Assembly (NCBI GenBank): GCA_903895725.1 | Contig: CAITUV010000019.1 | Span: forward strand, 36,368 to 100,367 | Source of the DNA: an uncultured Myxococcales bacterium | GTDB taxonomy: Bacteria; Myxococcota_A; UBA9042; CAIXZC01 | Direction of reading: 5' to 3' | Length of the DNA stretch: 64,000 bases | Shown: positions 45,883 to 55,604 of the stretch, piece after piece | Numbering within the stretch: position 1 is the stretch's first letter | How the letters are laid out: every line of letters begins with the position of its first letter | Translations under genes and position numbers: made by a program | Notes under the pieces: generated by a model | What the model saw: only the letters and a program-made list of their open reading frames with translations | Told to the model about the DNA's origin: nothing | Database searches by the model: none

Positions 45883-48204
45883 TCAGGGCCTGTCGATCCG
45901 GTGGAAGAACGGGCCGTCCAGGCCGGTCACGTGCACCCACGCCCCCCCTCGGCCAGCCCCCGCCAGCCACAGCCCCCCCGGCCAGGTCCGCTCCCCCTCC
46001 CCTGATACCACCACAACGTCGGCTCCCAACATCCCGTTGAGAAGCCCCATCATCTTCGACCGATGGCCGTGATGGGGCGACTTGATCAGGACCAGCCCGG
46101 GCTCCCGCCCCCGCCGCAGCGCCAGAACCGCCTCGGCAGCCCGGAGCCCCAGCTTCCCCTCCACGTCTCCGGCCCAGACCAGCTCCGCCCCGCCGTACTC
46201 CAGCCGCAACACCAGCGATGTATCGTTCTCCGATCGACCGGCAGTCTCTTCGTCCGGCGGCCACGCCACGTCGAACCGCACCCCGCAACGCACAAACCCG
46301 TCGCCCGCCTCAAGCTCGGTCACCTGCGAGCCGCGCCAGCGCCTGGCCAGCCGCAGCACTGTGCTCCTCGCCGTTCCGGTCGGCCCGTGCAGGATCCGGT
46401 CCACTTCCAGCGCCCCGGAAATCCGATCGAGCCCTGCCCAATGGTCATCGTGTGCGTGTGTGAGGATGAACCCGTCCAGTCGGGTCCACCCGTGACGTCG
46501 CAGATAGGGCAGCACCGTGAAGCGCCCCGAACGCTCCGGCCCTCCGTCGACCATCCACACCTCCCCGCAGGGGAGCCGCATCACCGTGGCATCCCCCTCG
46601 CCCACCGGGAGCACGTGGATCTCCAACCCATCGCCCCCCGATGCAAGTGCCGCTCCCGCCAGCCCCACCGCCAGCATCGCCGCCCCCCCCCATCTCTTCC
46701 AGCCAGGAAATCCGACGAGGACCAGCACCCCCGCACCGATGAGGCCGGCCAGCGCCCACCCCGGCCAGGCCGGCGACAGCGGCGGAACGGCCTCCACCCA
46801 CCCCTCCAGCACCCCCTCCAGGAAGAGCAGCGGTACCCGAACCCCGACGGCCGCCGCCTCCCCCAGCACCCCGCCCCACCCCCACGTCACCACGCCCGCA
46901 GCCGCACAGGGCATTACCCAGAGCGTCACCAGCGGTACCGCCACCAGGTTGGCAGCAACCGAGACGAGAGGAATGGTCCCGAAGTGCCACCAGACCAGAG
47001 GGAGAGTCCCCGCCGTGGCCGCGGCCGATACCCGCATCCCCTCCAGGATCCGCCCCGTGAGCCGCCCCGCCCACGCAACGGCTGCCCCTCCAGTCGCCCG
47101 TTGCGCCGCTCCTCCCCCATTCGACCGCTCCGTCCGCCCGGCGGACAGCGCAATGGCAGCCACGGAGGCCGTGCTGAGCTGGAACGAGGCCTCGAACAAC
47201 GCCTCCGGCCTCCACGCCAGCACCACCAGGCCGCTCCCCGCCAGCCAGGTCCACAGGTCATAGTCCCGGTCGCTTACGCGCGCACACGCGTACCCGATCC
47301 ACATGATAAATGCGCGCACGCACGAGACCGGTGCCCCGGTCACGACCAGAAGCATCCCGGCAAACAGGCTCGAGACGAGGGCGGCCGCCCTCGTTCCCCC
47401 TCCCCCCGGTGCGCCCCCCCACCAGCGCACCACCCTCCGCACCACGAAGAACACCATCCCGGCCATCAACCCCAGGTGCAGGCCCGAGACCGCCAGCAGG
47501 TGAGAGACCCCCGTTGCGGAGAACAGGTCACGGTAGTAGCCCGGCATCCCCCCCGAATCCCCCACCAGCAGCGCCCGCACCACCCACGCCTGCTCCACCG
47601 GCAACCCGCTCTCGGTGGCAAAGAGCGCCACCCGCGCCCGCACCGCCTCCCCGGCCCGCTCCACCGCCCACCCGATCCCGGAGGCCTCCCCCGCAGGCAT
47701 CCAGCGCCTCGCCCACGCCCAGCTCCGCCCCGCCGTGTCGCGCCGCAGCTCCACCATCACGTGAGTGCCGGCTCCCACCCCTTCCCATCCACCCGGAGCA
47801 GGCCCCAAGTCGCTTTCCGAGCCCAGCCGCAACCTCGCCTGCGTCCCCGCCACCCGGGTTTCCGCCGTCCGGCGCCCCCCCTCCCTGCTGGCCACCCGCT
47901 CGACGACGGCCGCTCCCCGTTCGTCCCCACTTCCAGTGGATTCCTGTGCCAGCTTCGTTCCTCGAATCCAATTTCCTCCACCTGATCCCCACTCCGGTAC
48001 CACCGCGTCACCCACATACCACCACCCCAACACCACTCCTGCACCAATCCAGGCAAGACCAAGCAGGTGGGTGGGGCAGCGTGCCGCTCCCACGGCGATT
48101 CCCGCCATGGCCATCGCAGCAGCGACCCCCGCCAGCCCCCACTCGCCCCCATGAGCCAGCCCGGCCACGAGAACGCCGGCGAACAGGTAGACCAGTCTGC
48201 GCAC
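45883..48204 (-). CDS. comEC: ComEC/Rec2 DNA uptake protein
   Basis: GVSHLLAVSGLH, SFQLS, ANL, then MBL domain VGEGD, THAHDDH, PHHG. Confidence 0.93.
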   Translation of the reverse strand: MRRLVYLFAGVLVAGLAHGGEWGLAGVAAAMAMAGIAVGAARCPTHLLGLAWIGAGVVLGWWYVGDAVVPEWGSGGGNWIRGTKLAQESTGSGDERGAAVVERVASREGGRRTAETRVAGTQARLRLGSESDLGPAPGGWEGVGAGTHVMVELRRDTAGRSWAWARRWMPAGEASGIGWAVERAGEAVRARVALFATESGLPVEQAWVVRALLVGDSGGMPGYYRDLFSATGVSHLLAVSGLHLGLMAGMVFFVVRRVVRWWGGAPGGGGTRAAALVSSLFAGMLLVVTGAPVSCVRAFIMWIGYACARVSDRDYDLWTWLAGSGLVVLAWRPEALFEASFQLSTASVAAIALSAGRTERSNGGGAAQRATGGAAVAWAGRLTGRILEGMRVSAAATAGTLPLVWWHFGTIPLVSVAANLVAVPLVTLWVMPCAAAGVVTWGWGGVLGEAAAVGVRVPLLFLEGVLEGWVEAVPPLSPAWPGWALAGLIGAGVLVLVGFPGWKRWGGAAMLAVGLAGAALASGGDGLEIHVLPVGEGDATVMRLPCGEVWMVDGGPERSGRFTVLPYLRRHGWTRLDGFILTHAHDDHWAGLDRISGALEVDRILHGPTGTARSTVLRLARRWRGSQVTELEAGDGFVRCGVRFDVAWPPDEETAGRSENDTSLVLRLEYGGAELVWAGDVEGKLGLRAAEAVLALRRGREPGLVLIKSPHHGHRSKMMGLLNGMLGADVVVVSGEGERTWPGGLWLAGAGRGGAWVHVTGLDGPFFHRIDRP

Positions 48205-48342
48205 CCCGCCCCTCCTCCCGATATCCGTCTCCCCCGCACAAGTTATCGTCACGACTTCCCGTTTCGCGCGGGGCAATCCGGTCCAGTCGCTTCTTTCCTT
48301 TGCCGCAGCGTTCCCCTAATATGAGGGCTCCAGGAGGGCCCC

Positions 48343-50496
48343 ATGGTTCTCGTGCGATTCGACCAGCACGACACACTGCTCGACGACCTTTCCATCCACT
48401 TCCACCAGTGCCGGCTTGCCGCTCGGATCCGCCGCATCGGCGTCTCGCTGGAGGCCGGCAGGAGGCTGGATGCGTGGCTTCCGGCCCCCGCATGGAAGGC
48501 CGAGTCGGATCGAGCCGGACCCTACTTTTCTGCCCGGATTGCCCGTGTCGGCTTTGCAGTGCGTCCTCACACCCTCGGAGGAGGACGCCATCTCCAGCTC
48601 GATCTCCTCGCGTCCAGCGACAACCCGGGCCCGGTCAGGCTCCTCCACCACCGAATCGAGCTCGAAGTCGCCCTGCCCGACGGCCCGGACCTGAAGCCGG
48701 ACGAGGTGCGCTGGTTTCGCAACGGCTGGCAGTCGTGGAGCTTTGCCGGCACGCTTCAGCCCGGTGTCACCCCGATGCCCCAACCCCGCGTCGAGTGGAT
48801 CCGGGCCATCAAGGAAGACCCCCTCGTCCCGGCCCGGTCGGCACCGTTCGTCTCCGACATGGTCGCATCCCTTCGCCTCCGGGACGAGGCCCTGGCCGTC
48901 GGCGCCGCAAACCAGCGCTACTTTCAGAGAATCCGCCTCGACTCCAACGTCCGCCCCATGCTCCTGACCCTGGAGATCGATCTCGATCGGCAACCGATGC
49001 ATCCGGGACAGACGCTGGCGTTGGGCTCCTGGCAGCTCGAGGGGGAGCACACCGCATCCTACCTGGTCCGTGAGTGGGCATCCCGCCAGGCCGCCACCGC
49101 GCAACCGGCGGGCCAGGCCGCATCCCCCGCACACGCAGACAGTGCGGCCCACTCGACCCCCGCTGCATCGGCTGGCCCGACCGACTTTGCCGGTGCACCC
49201 GTCCCGCGTGGAGGCCTTCGCTCATCCCGCCCCCTGGCCGGCTGGTGCTCCTGGTACGACCGCAAGCGGAGGATCACGCATTCCTACATCGGCCGCACCG
49301 TGGAGCGCCTGCGCAGCACTCCCGAGCTGTCAGGCCTGTCGACCGTCGTCATCGACGACGGCTACCAGTCCCGCGTCGGGGACTGGCTCGTTCCCCGCCC
49401 GGGCTACGGGGGCTCGGTCCTCGACACGGCTCGCCTGATTCGGGATGCGGGCCTTGCACCGGGTATCTGGGTGGCCCCGTTCGTCGCTCAGGCCGGGTCC
49501 GAGCTGGTCGAACGTCACCCCGAATGGGTGGCGACCCGAAACGGCCGCCCATACGGGCTGGGCTTCAACCCCCACTGGCGCTCCACGTTCTACGCACTCG
49601 ACATCCGGAACCTTGACCTTCTCGCTCACCTGGCCTCGGTCTTTGCCGAGCTGCGGGCCGCCGGCTTCTGGCTGTTCAAGCTCGACTACCTTTACCCCGC
49701 TGCACTGCCGCTCGACCGGGGACCGGACGGCTCGGGCCGCTTCGAGGCCTTCCGGAACGCAGTCGCCCACCTGCGCAAGGCAGCCGGAAACGACTCCTAC
49801 TTCCTCGGCTGCGGCTGCCCGCTGGCCCCCTCTGCCGGCCTCTTCGATGCCATCCGTGTGTCCACGGACATCGACTACTGCTGGAAGACACCGACCCTGC
49901 TTCATGCCGTGACCGGAGACGAGGAGATGGTGGGCATCTTCCCCGCCGCCCGGAACACGATGGTTCGAAGACTTTTCGGCCCGAGCCTCTGGCGGGTGGA
50001 CCCCGACTGCGTACTGCTGTCTTCCGGCAAGGGGACCGCCACGGCCGCCGAGAAGCTCCTCTTCGCCCGCCTGGCGGCCCTGTCGGGAGACGTGTTCCTG
50101 GTCGGTGATGACCTCACCCGCTGGGGACCGGCCGACCTGGCCGCCTTCTCCGAGCTCTTTGCCGGGCTCGGGCATGAGCTGGTGCCGCTGGACGCGGCGG
50201 ACCGTGTCGACCCGACCTGGGCATTCGTCTCCGGCCCCGGCGGTCCCGCCGTGGCTGCCTTCAACATGGGCGACCGCAAGGAGATGGCCTCGGTCCAGCT
50301 CGCCCACCTGCGTTCCCTCCTGCCCGGCGTGTCGGCCGTGTCCACCGCTGCCCCCGTCGTAGCGAAGCTCGACAGGGACCGGATCGACGTCTCCCCGGTT
50401 GAAAGCCGGGCCGCAATCGTGGTAGACCTCCGCCCCTCGGGATCTCACTCCGATGCGAGTGTCGCCCGGGAAGTCCGGAGGGAAGACGAACGATGA
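48343..50496 (+). CDS. Alpha-galactosidase (GH36)
   Basis: NGWQSWS, GWCSWY, IDDGYQ, GIWVAPF, FKLDYL, LGCGCP, IRVSTD, DPDC. Confidence 0.9.
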   Translation: MVLVRFDQHDTLLDDLSIHFHQCRLAARIRRIGVSLEAGRRLDAWLPAPAWKAESDRAGPYFSARIARVGFAVRPHTLGGGRHLQLDLLASSDNPGPVRLLHHRIELEVALPDGPDLKPDEVRWFRNGWQSWSFAGTLQPGVTPMPQPRVEWIRAIKEDPLVPARSAPFVSDMVASLRLRDEALAVGAANQRYFQRIRLDSNVRPMLLTLEIDLDRQPMHPGQTLALGSWQLEGEHTASYLVREWASRQAATAQPAGQAASPAHADSAAHSTPAASAGPTDFAGAPVPRGGLRSSRPLAGWCSWYDRKRRITHSYIGRTVERLRSTPELSGLSTVVIDDGYQSRVGDWLVPRPGYGGSVLDTARLIRDAGLAPGIWVAPFVAQAGSELVERHPEWVATRNGRPYGLGFNPHWRSTFYALDIRNLDLLAHLASVFAELRAAGFWLFKLDYLYPAALPLDRGPDGSGRFEAFRNAVAHLRKAAGNDSYFLGCGCPLAPSAGLFDAIRVSTDIDYCWKTPTLLHAVTGDEEMVGIFPAARNTMVRRLFGPSLWRVDPDCVLLSSGKGTATAAEKLLFARLAALSGDVFLVGDDLTRWGPADLAAFSELFAGLGHELVPLDAADRVDPTWAFVSGPGGPAVAAFNMGDRKEMASVQLAHLRSLLPGVSAVSTAAPVVAKLDRDRIDVSPVESRAAIVVDLRPSGSHSDASVAREVRREDER

Positions 50497-51473
50497 AAGC
50501 GATCCGCCTCGAAGCCAGGCCGAGGAAGAACCAGACTCCCGCATCCGACGGCCTCCCGGTTGTCGCCTGCCTCGAGGATGCGCCCGTTCCAGAGCCGGGA
50601 CCGGGAGAAGTGCTCCTCCGCCTGCGGGCAACGGCCCTGGGGGCCACCGAGCAGGCGGTCCTGTCCGGGCTCCTGCCCCTGGGCGTTGCTCCGGGAAGCG
50701 AGTTCACTGCGGACGTAGTCCAGGATCGGGAAGGGGAGCTGGTCGGCGCTCGGGTCGCTCCGCTCCCGTCCGTTCCGTGTGGAGCTTGCGGGCCCTGCCT
50801 GGCGGGCAATGCGACCCTTTGCCCTGTGCGGCTCATCCCCGGCCGCTCGGCCCGCTACGGTTGTCTGGCCGAGTACTTCCTCTTCCCCAGAAGGGGGCTG
50901 TTCCGGCTGCCCCACGGTCTTCGCGACTTCGACGCCATCTCCCTGTTGCCGCTGGCGTCCGCTCTCAACCTGCCCCGCAAAATCTCCCTGCCCGGCCGGG
51001 TCCTGGTGGTATCGGCCGGAGGGTTGGGGCTGGTGGTGGCCGCTTCGCTGCGCGGCCTCAGGCAGCTACTCTTCCTGGCCATGCCCAACGAGGATGCCAT
51101 CGAGTCGGTTCGCAAGTTCTCCCTTCACCGGGATCCGGGCGGACGCTTCCCGCTGGTGGTTGCGGCTTGCGACGGCCCCGGCGTGCTGGCCCGGGCCCTG
51201 GACCGGGTTGCCCCGCAGGGTACGCTGGCGGTCCTCGGAATGCCGGATTCTCCCAGTCCCGTGCTGCCCCTCGTGCATCGTGAGCTGACGGTGATCGGAA
51301 TCGGGGAGGGGGAGGTCACGGCCGCAATCAAGTGCATGGAGGAGAGGGAGGTGTGCGAGATCCTGTCCCGAGCCCGGCCCACGATCTTCCCGTTTGCCCA
51401 GGCGGACCGGGCACTGGCACACGCTGCGGACCCGAGCAACCTTCGAGTGATCGTCGACAACCTGGATCAGTGA
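50493..51473 (+). CDS. MDR zinc alcohol dehydrogenase-like protein with degenerate active site
   Basis: PEPGPGEVLLR, CGACGPC...C structural-Zn motif, GCLAEY; catalytic C and GHE motifs altered. Confidence 0.7.
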   Translation: MKAIRLEARPRKNQTPASDGLPVVACLEDAPVPEPGPGEVLLRLRATALGATEQAVLSGLLPLGVAPGSEFTADVVQDREGELVGARVAPLPSVPCGACGPCLAGNATLCPVRLIPGRSARYGCLAEYFLFPRRGLFRLPHGLRDFDAISLLPLASALNLPRKISLPGRVLVVSAGGLGLVVAASLRGLRQLLFLAMPNEDAIESVRKFSLHRDPGGRFPLVVAACDGPGVLARALDRVAPQGTLAVLGMPDSPSPVLPLVHRELTVIGIGEGEVTAAIKCMEEREVCEILSRARPTIFPFAQADRALAHAADPSNLRVIVDNLDQ

Positions 51474-51483
51474 ACCGCCCCGC

Positions 51484-51642
51484 TTACTCCTTCTTCTTCT
51501 CTTCGCGCTCCAGGCGCTTGTGAGCCTCGCCCGCGTTGTCCCGGATCTGCCCTTCGTCCGGGTACACGTCTTCGTTGGTCGTCGCGCAGGCCCCGCCCCA
51601 GAACGACAAGAGCCCCAGCACCAGCAGTAGCCACCGTTTCAT
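51484..51642 (-). CDS. 52-aa lipoprotein
   Basis: MKRWLLLVLGLLSFWGGAC...; ATGA overlap with the upstream gene. Confidence 0.7.
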   Translation of the reverse strand: MKRWLLLVLGLLSFWGGACATTNEDVYPDEGQIRDNAGEAHKRLEREEKKKE

Positions 51643-52658
51643 TCCCTCGCCTCCTTGCCCTGGAAGTCTCCCAGCACGTTGTCCCGGATCTTCGAAACGA
51701 GCGGGATCGCCGCCCGCTGCTTCACTTCCTGGAGCGCCTTGAGCCTGGCCGTCTCTGCGGACGGATGGCTGACCCGCTCCATCTGGTCCACGGCAGCCAC
51801 GGTCTCCTCGCCGGAACGAGCCTCCAGGGTCACGTGGTAGACCACCTTGGGCATCTCCCCACCGGACTCCTCCTGGATCTCCAGCGAACCGGATACCCGG
51901 ATCGTCCCCTGAACCCCGTCGCCGGCCACCGCCATCCCCTCGGCCAGCAACGCGGCCCGCACGGGGGCGGCCAGCTCGTCGCCCATTCCGTCCACGGAGA
52001 TGAGGAAGTGCGATACCAGCAGAGAGCGAAGCTCCGCCAGCGCCTCCACACGCTCCGACGGGTCGGCCAGTCCCCCCACGCCCAGCAGCGACAGCTGCTT
52101 CATCAGGCGGGCTCGGTCCCCCATCAACCACAGGGCCCGCGCTAACGCCTTGACCCTGGCTCCGACATCCCCGGCCGGCTCGTCCAGCCTCTCCGCAATC
52201 TCCATCTCGACCTCGGAGAGCCTCTCCTGGAGCCGCCTCTGCAAGGCCACCTTGTCCAGCACGGCCAACGAGTAGTGCAGCCCTCCCCGGACCGCCCGGT
52301 CCCGGATCTCCACCCCTTCAAGCTCGGCCTTGGACCGCACTCTCGTGAAGTACTTCAAATCAAAGTCGTGCTCCACCAGGGCCGCATCTCCCTCTCCAAT
52401 CTGGGAGTACTTCTCCTCCTCCAGCGTCGTGTTCTCCACCGCGGCCTGAAAGAACTTGGCCACCTCCCCCCGGGCCCGGTCGTCTGCAGTCGTCAGGGTG
52501 TCCCCCCAACCGATACCCAGCACGTAGCGCCCCCGCGGATACTTCGGATGCTGCCCCGTGTCCATCCAGTCCACGACCTCCGCACCGCTGCAACCGGCAG
52601 CCATTGCCAGGACCATCCAGACAGAGAAAGCTCCAAGCCAGCCCAGCTCGCGTTTCAT
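51639..52658 (-). CDS. LPP20-family lipoprotein
   Basis: Lipobox AAGC; W...YP..RYVLGIG.G.....AD.RAR.EVAK. Confidence 0.75.
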   Translation of the reverse strand: MKRELGWLGAFSVWMVLAMAAGCSGAEVVDWMDTGQHPKYPRGRYVLGIGWGDTLTTADDRARGEVAKFFQAAVENTTLEEEKYSQIGEGDAALVEHDFDLKYFTRVRSKAELEGVEIRDRAVRGGLHYSLAVLDKVALQRRLQERLSEVEMEIAERLDEPAGDVGARVKALARALWLMGDRARLMKQLSLLGVGGLADPSERVEALAELRSLLVSHFLISVDGMGDELAAPVRAALLAEGMAVAGDGVQGTIRVSGSLEIQEESGGEMPKVVYHVTLEARSGEETVAAVDQMERVSHPSAETARLKALQEVKQRAAIPLVSKIRDNVLGDFQGKEARE

Positions 52659-52724
52659 CGGCCCCCTCAAAAACGCAGTCCCGTCATCCAGCGCTCCTCC
52701 CGAATCTCCGCCCTTCCGGAGCGA

Positions 52725-52749
52725 ACCATCGACCATCGACCATCGACCA
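52725..52749. repeat. 7-bp tandem repeat (ACCATCG)x3.5
   Basis: Intergenic; further partial copy at 52779-52790. Confidence 0.75.
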
Positions 52750-52819
52750 AAGCCTGCCCCGAGCAGTGTCGAGGGGAGCATCGACCATCGCACAGGGCCG
52801 GCGGTCGACACGAGCCGGC

Positions 52820-54166
52820 TCAATAGCAGCCGGCAACGAGCCAGGTCCGGGTCCCGTCCCCGACCCTCACGTCCTGCAACTCCTGCCCGGCGCAGCCGGT
52901 TCCGCCGGTGTGGGACACCCGAACGGAATAGGCCCCCGCAGGGCACAGCAGGCGGGTCATGTGGACTTCGGCAGGCAGAGTCCACCACCCTCGGATGTCC
53001 GCTGCCTCCACCGCCGACATGGCGGCATTGGCCATCGCCTGCACCAGCAGCCCCACGGCCGCCTGCCCGGACATCTGCTCGCCGACGACCCCTGCCGCCC
53101 GGGCACTCACGAACTTCAGAACGGCCCTGCCGACCACGCGGCTCCACACGCGGGCCATCCGATCCTCCAGGTTCACCTGGGCAATCCGGGAGACGTTCTC
53201 CACCGGAACCCCCCAGCCGCCTCCGCACCCCTCCACCTCGACGAATGCCCTGGCTGCAGCAACCGGTGGCTGCTCGAACACGGGGAACGCGACCGTGACC
53301 TGAGTCCCCAACGCCATCCCCTTGGCTGCAGACAGCGCCCTCTGCACCCGCTTCTCGTCCTCCCCCTGAACGTTCGTCTGCTGCACGAGCACCAGCCCGT
53401 GCCCCAGGCTCACCTCGATCACCTCCTCCCGCTTCCTCGGCCCTGGACCGATGTAATGGAGGACGATGATCTCTCCGCTTCCGGCCCCAGCCACCATCGG
53501 CCTCATCGACCGGACCCGCTCCAGGTCCCTCAGAAGGGATGCCGGTGCCCTCACGCCGAGCTCCCCTTCCTGGTCGTCGTACAGCGCTGCGGCCCGCTCC
53601 AGCGCGATTCGAGCATCGTCCAGGTCCCCGGCCTGCTCGAAGAGCAGCCCCGAAACGTATAACGCCAAGGGATCCGCCCGGTACCGCCCCTCCCCCTCAC
53701 GGGCGTAGGTGTCGAACTTCACACTGACCCGCCGGACCTCGACCAGCGCCTCCTCCACCTCCCCTCGAACCGCAAAGTTCATGGCATTGAAGACGTTGAC
53801 CAGGACCCGCTCGAACTGTTCACCCGCATAAGGCATCGTCATGTCATTGGTGAACAGCGAGGCCGCTTCGTTGCCGAGGCTTCGGGTGTAGAGATCCTCC
53901 CCCAGCGCCTCAGCCTGCTCGAACTGCGCCGCACTGCCCCCGAAGTCCCCTGCCAGTTGAAGCGCCATCCCCAGGTCCATGTGATAGAGCAGCCGATTCC
54001 GATCCCCGTAGACCCTCTTTCCTGCCTCCTGGACCAGCTCGGAGGCCTTCGAGGCCTCCCCCGACGACAGGGCACGATCCACCCGGAGGTAGTGGTCCCG
54101 GTCGATCTCGCCGCCACACCCGCCGGCCAGCAACGACATCACCAGCCCTATGATCCAGTTCCGCAT
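52820..54166 (-). CDS. COG3014-family TPR-like lipoprotein
   Basis: Lipobox AGGC; NRLLYHMDLG, Y.GE.FE.VL, ALVEVRR, EAADIRGWWTLP. Confidence 0.85.
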   Translation of the reverse strand: MRNWIIGLVMSLLAGGCGGEIDRDHYLRVDRALSSGEASKASELVQEAGKRVYGDRNRLLYHMDLGMALQLAGDFGGSAAQFEQAEALGEDLYTRSLGNEAASLFTNDMTMPYAGEQFERVLVNVFNAMNFAVRGEVEEALVEVRRVSVKFDTYAREGEGRYRADPLALYVSGLLFEQAGDLDDARIALERAAALYDDQEGELGVRAPASLLRDLERVRSMRPMVAGAGSGEIIVLHYIGPGPRKREEVIEVSLGHGLVLVQQTNVQGEDEKRVQRALSAAKGMALGTQVTVAFPVFEQPPVAAARAFVEVEGCGGGWGVPVENVSRIAQVNLEDRMARVWSRVVGRAVLKFVSARAAGVVGEQMSGQAAVGLLVQAMANAAMSAVEAADIRGWWTLPAEVHMTRLLCPAGAYSVRVSHTGGTGCAGQELQDVRVGDGTRTWLVAGCY

Positions 54167-54298
54167 TCGACCCGCTGCATGTGCCCCGACTGCCCTGCGG
54201 CATCGGCCGGCGCCCTCAGGGCCCCAAGACATCTGCCGGCGCCCTGATGGCCCCTCCCGCGTGGTCGGGGCTGTGGGGGCCGGGCCCGTGCCCCGGCT

Positions 54299-54901
54299 CT
54301 AATCCCACTCCCCGCGTTCGACCACCTTCTTGATCTTCTTCTGGCCGATCCATTCTTTCACGCCGGTTTCCACGTTGATCAACTCGAGCTCCACCTGGTA
54401 GAAAAGCAGCGTGATGCCCCCGGCCTGGTCCACGATGGAGTTGATCTGACCGAGCAGCAGGAAGTCGGCACCAAGCTCCCGCCCCATCGCCTTCTGCGTC
54501 TCCAGCGAGGCGGCCTCCGCCTGGTACAGCTTCTCCGCCTTGAGCTGCTCCCGCTGCCCGAACGATGCCAGGAAGCTCACCTCCCCCGAGTTCACCAGCT
54601 CCCGCTCGAGATCCTTGACGAAGGTATCCGTGGGGATGTGCTCGTGGCTCTTGTTGGCCACCCGACCCACCACGATTCGAGGCCTCTTGTTCCCGCCTTC
54701 ACTCCACTCGTCCAGCCAGGGCCTCGACAGAAGATCCTGGACCATCTCCTGCGAAACGGCCCTGGAATCGACGTCGTTCCACCGGCCCGACAGGTCGATC
54801 TCTTCATCCACGGCGGTCCTGTGAACCACCGGCCCGGAGGGACCGTTGTAGCAGGCAACGACGAGGAGACCGAGGACGGGCAACACCCATGCCGTTCTCA
54901 T
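54299..54901 (-). CDS. lpoB: LpoB-like (COG3417) lipoprotein
   Basis: Lipobox VVAC; DLSGRWNDVD, NKSHEHI, GADFLL.GQINSI, YQV.LEL.....G...W. Confidence 0.8.
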   Translation of the reverse strand: MRTAWVLPVLGLLVVACYNGPSGPVVHRTAVDEEIDLSGRWNDVDSRAVSQEMVQDLLSRPWLDEWSEGGNKRPRIVVGRVANKSHEHIPTDTFVKDLERELVNSGEVSFLASFGQREQLKAEKLYQAEAASLETQKAMGRELGADFLLLGQINSIVDQAGGITLLFYQVELELINVETGVKEWIGQKKIKKVVERGEWD

Positions 54902-54911
54902 CCTCGCCCCC

Positions 54912-55463
54912 CTACTTCTGCTCCTCGGCCGACAGCCGGTCGAACGCCTTGTCCGCGTTGGCCCGCACGAAGTCGCGGGTCTTGGCGTCGAGCTCCTTCA
55001 TCTTCTCGAGAGCACCGCCGAACTCAGCCAGGTCCAGCCGCGCAAGGGCATACACGGTCCCATCCGACGGGTCCTGCCAGTGGTCGACGACCATCACGCC
55101 CGACAGCGTGATCTTCGAGAACGTCTTGATCGCCTGGTCCACGTGCTGCTCCTCGGCCGAGGCCGTCATGTCGCCGGCCGTCGTCGAGGCCATGTAGTCC
55201 CGCATGAGCGAGGCTGAATAGGTCCGGAAGATCTTGCCCAGGTCCGCTCGGGCTCGGTTCTCCGCTGTCGACCGGGCAAGGGCCTTGTTGCCGATCCCGT
55301 TGACCATCCCGACGCCGAAGAAAATCTTCTTGCCGTCTTCCTCGAACGCGCCGCTTCCTCGGACGACCCACTTGGGCTCCCCGCTCTCCCCGTAGTACTC
55401 CCCCTCGCCGCTGCAGGCCATCATCAGCAGTCCCAGTCCCAAGCACAGCGCCACATGCCTCAT
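54912..55463 (-). CDS. LPP20-family lipoprotein
   Basis: Lipobox MMAC; PKWV, FFGVG, AENRARADL, W.D..DGTVYAL. Confidence 0.8.
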   Translation of the reverse strand: MRHVALCLGLGLLMMACSGEGEYYGESGEPKWVVRGSGAFEEDGKKIFFGVGMVNGIGNKALARSTAENRARADLGKIFRTYSASLMRDYMASTTAGDMTASAEEQHVDQAIKTFSKITLSGVMVVDHWQDPSDGTVYALARLDLAEFGGALEKMKELDAKTRDFVRANADKAFDRLSAEEQK

Positions 55464-55604
55464 GTTCCTTCCTCCCTTTGAGTTCCCCGTTTCCGCCCGG
55501 GTTGCCCCGGGGCTATCGTCGCCAAAGCGGCCCCTATACGAGCCCGACATCTCCTCTATTCAAACAACCTCCCCAGCCCCGAGCCCCCCCTCCGGTCCCC
55601 GCCA

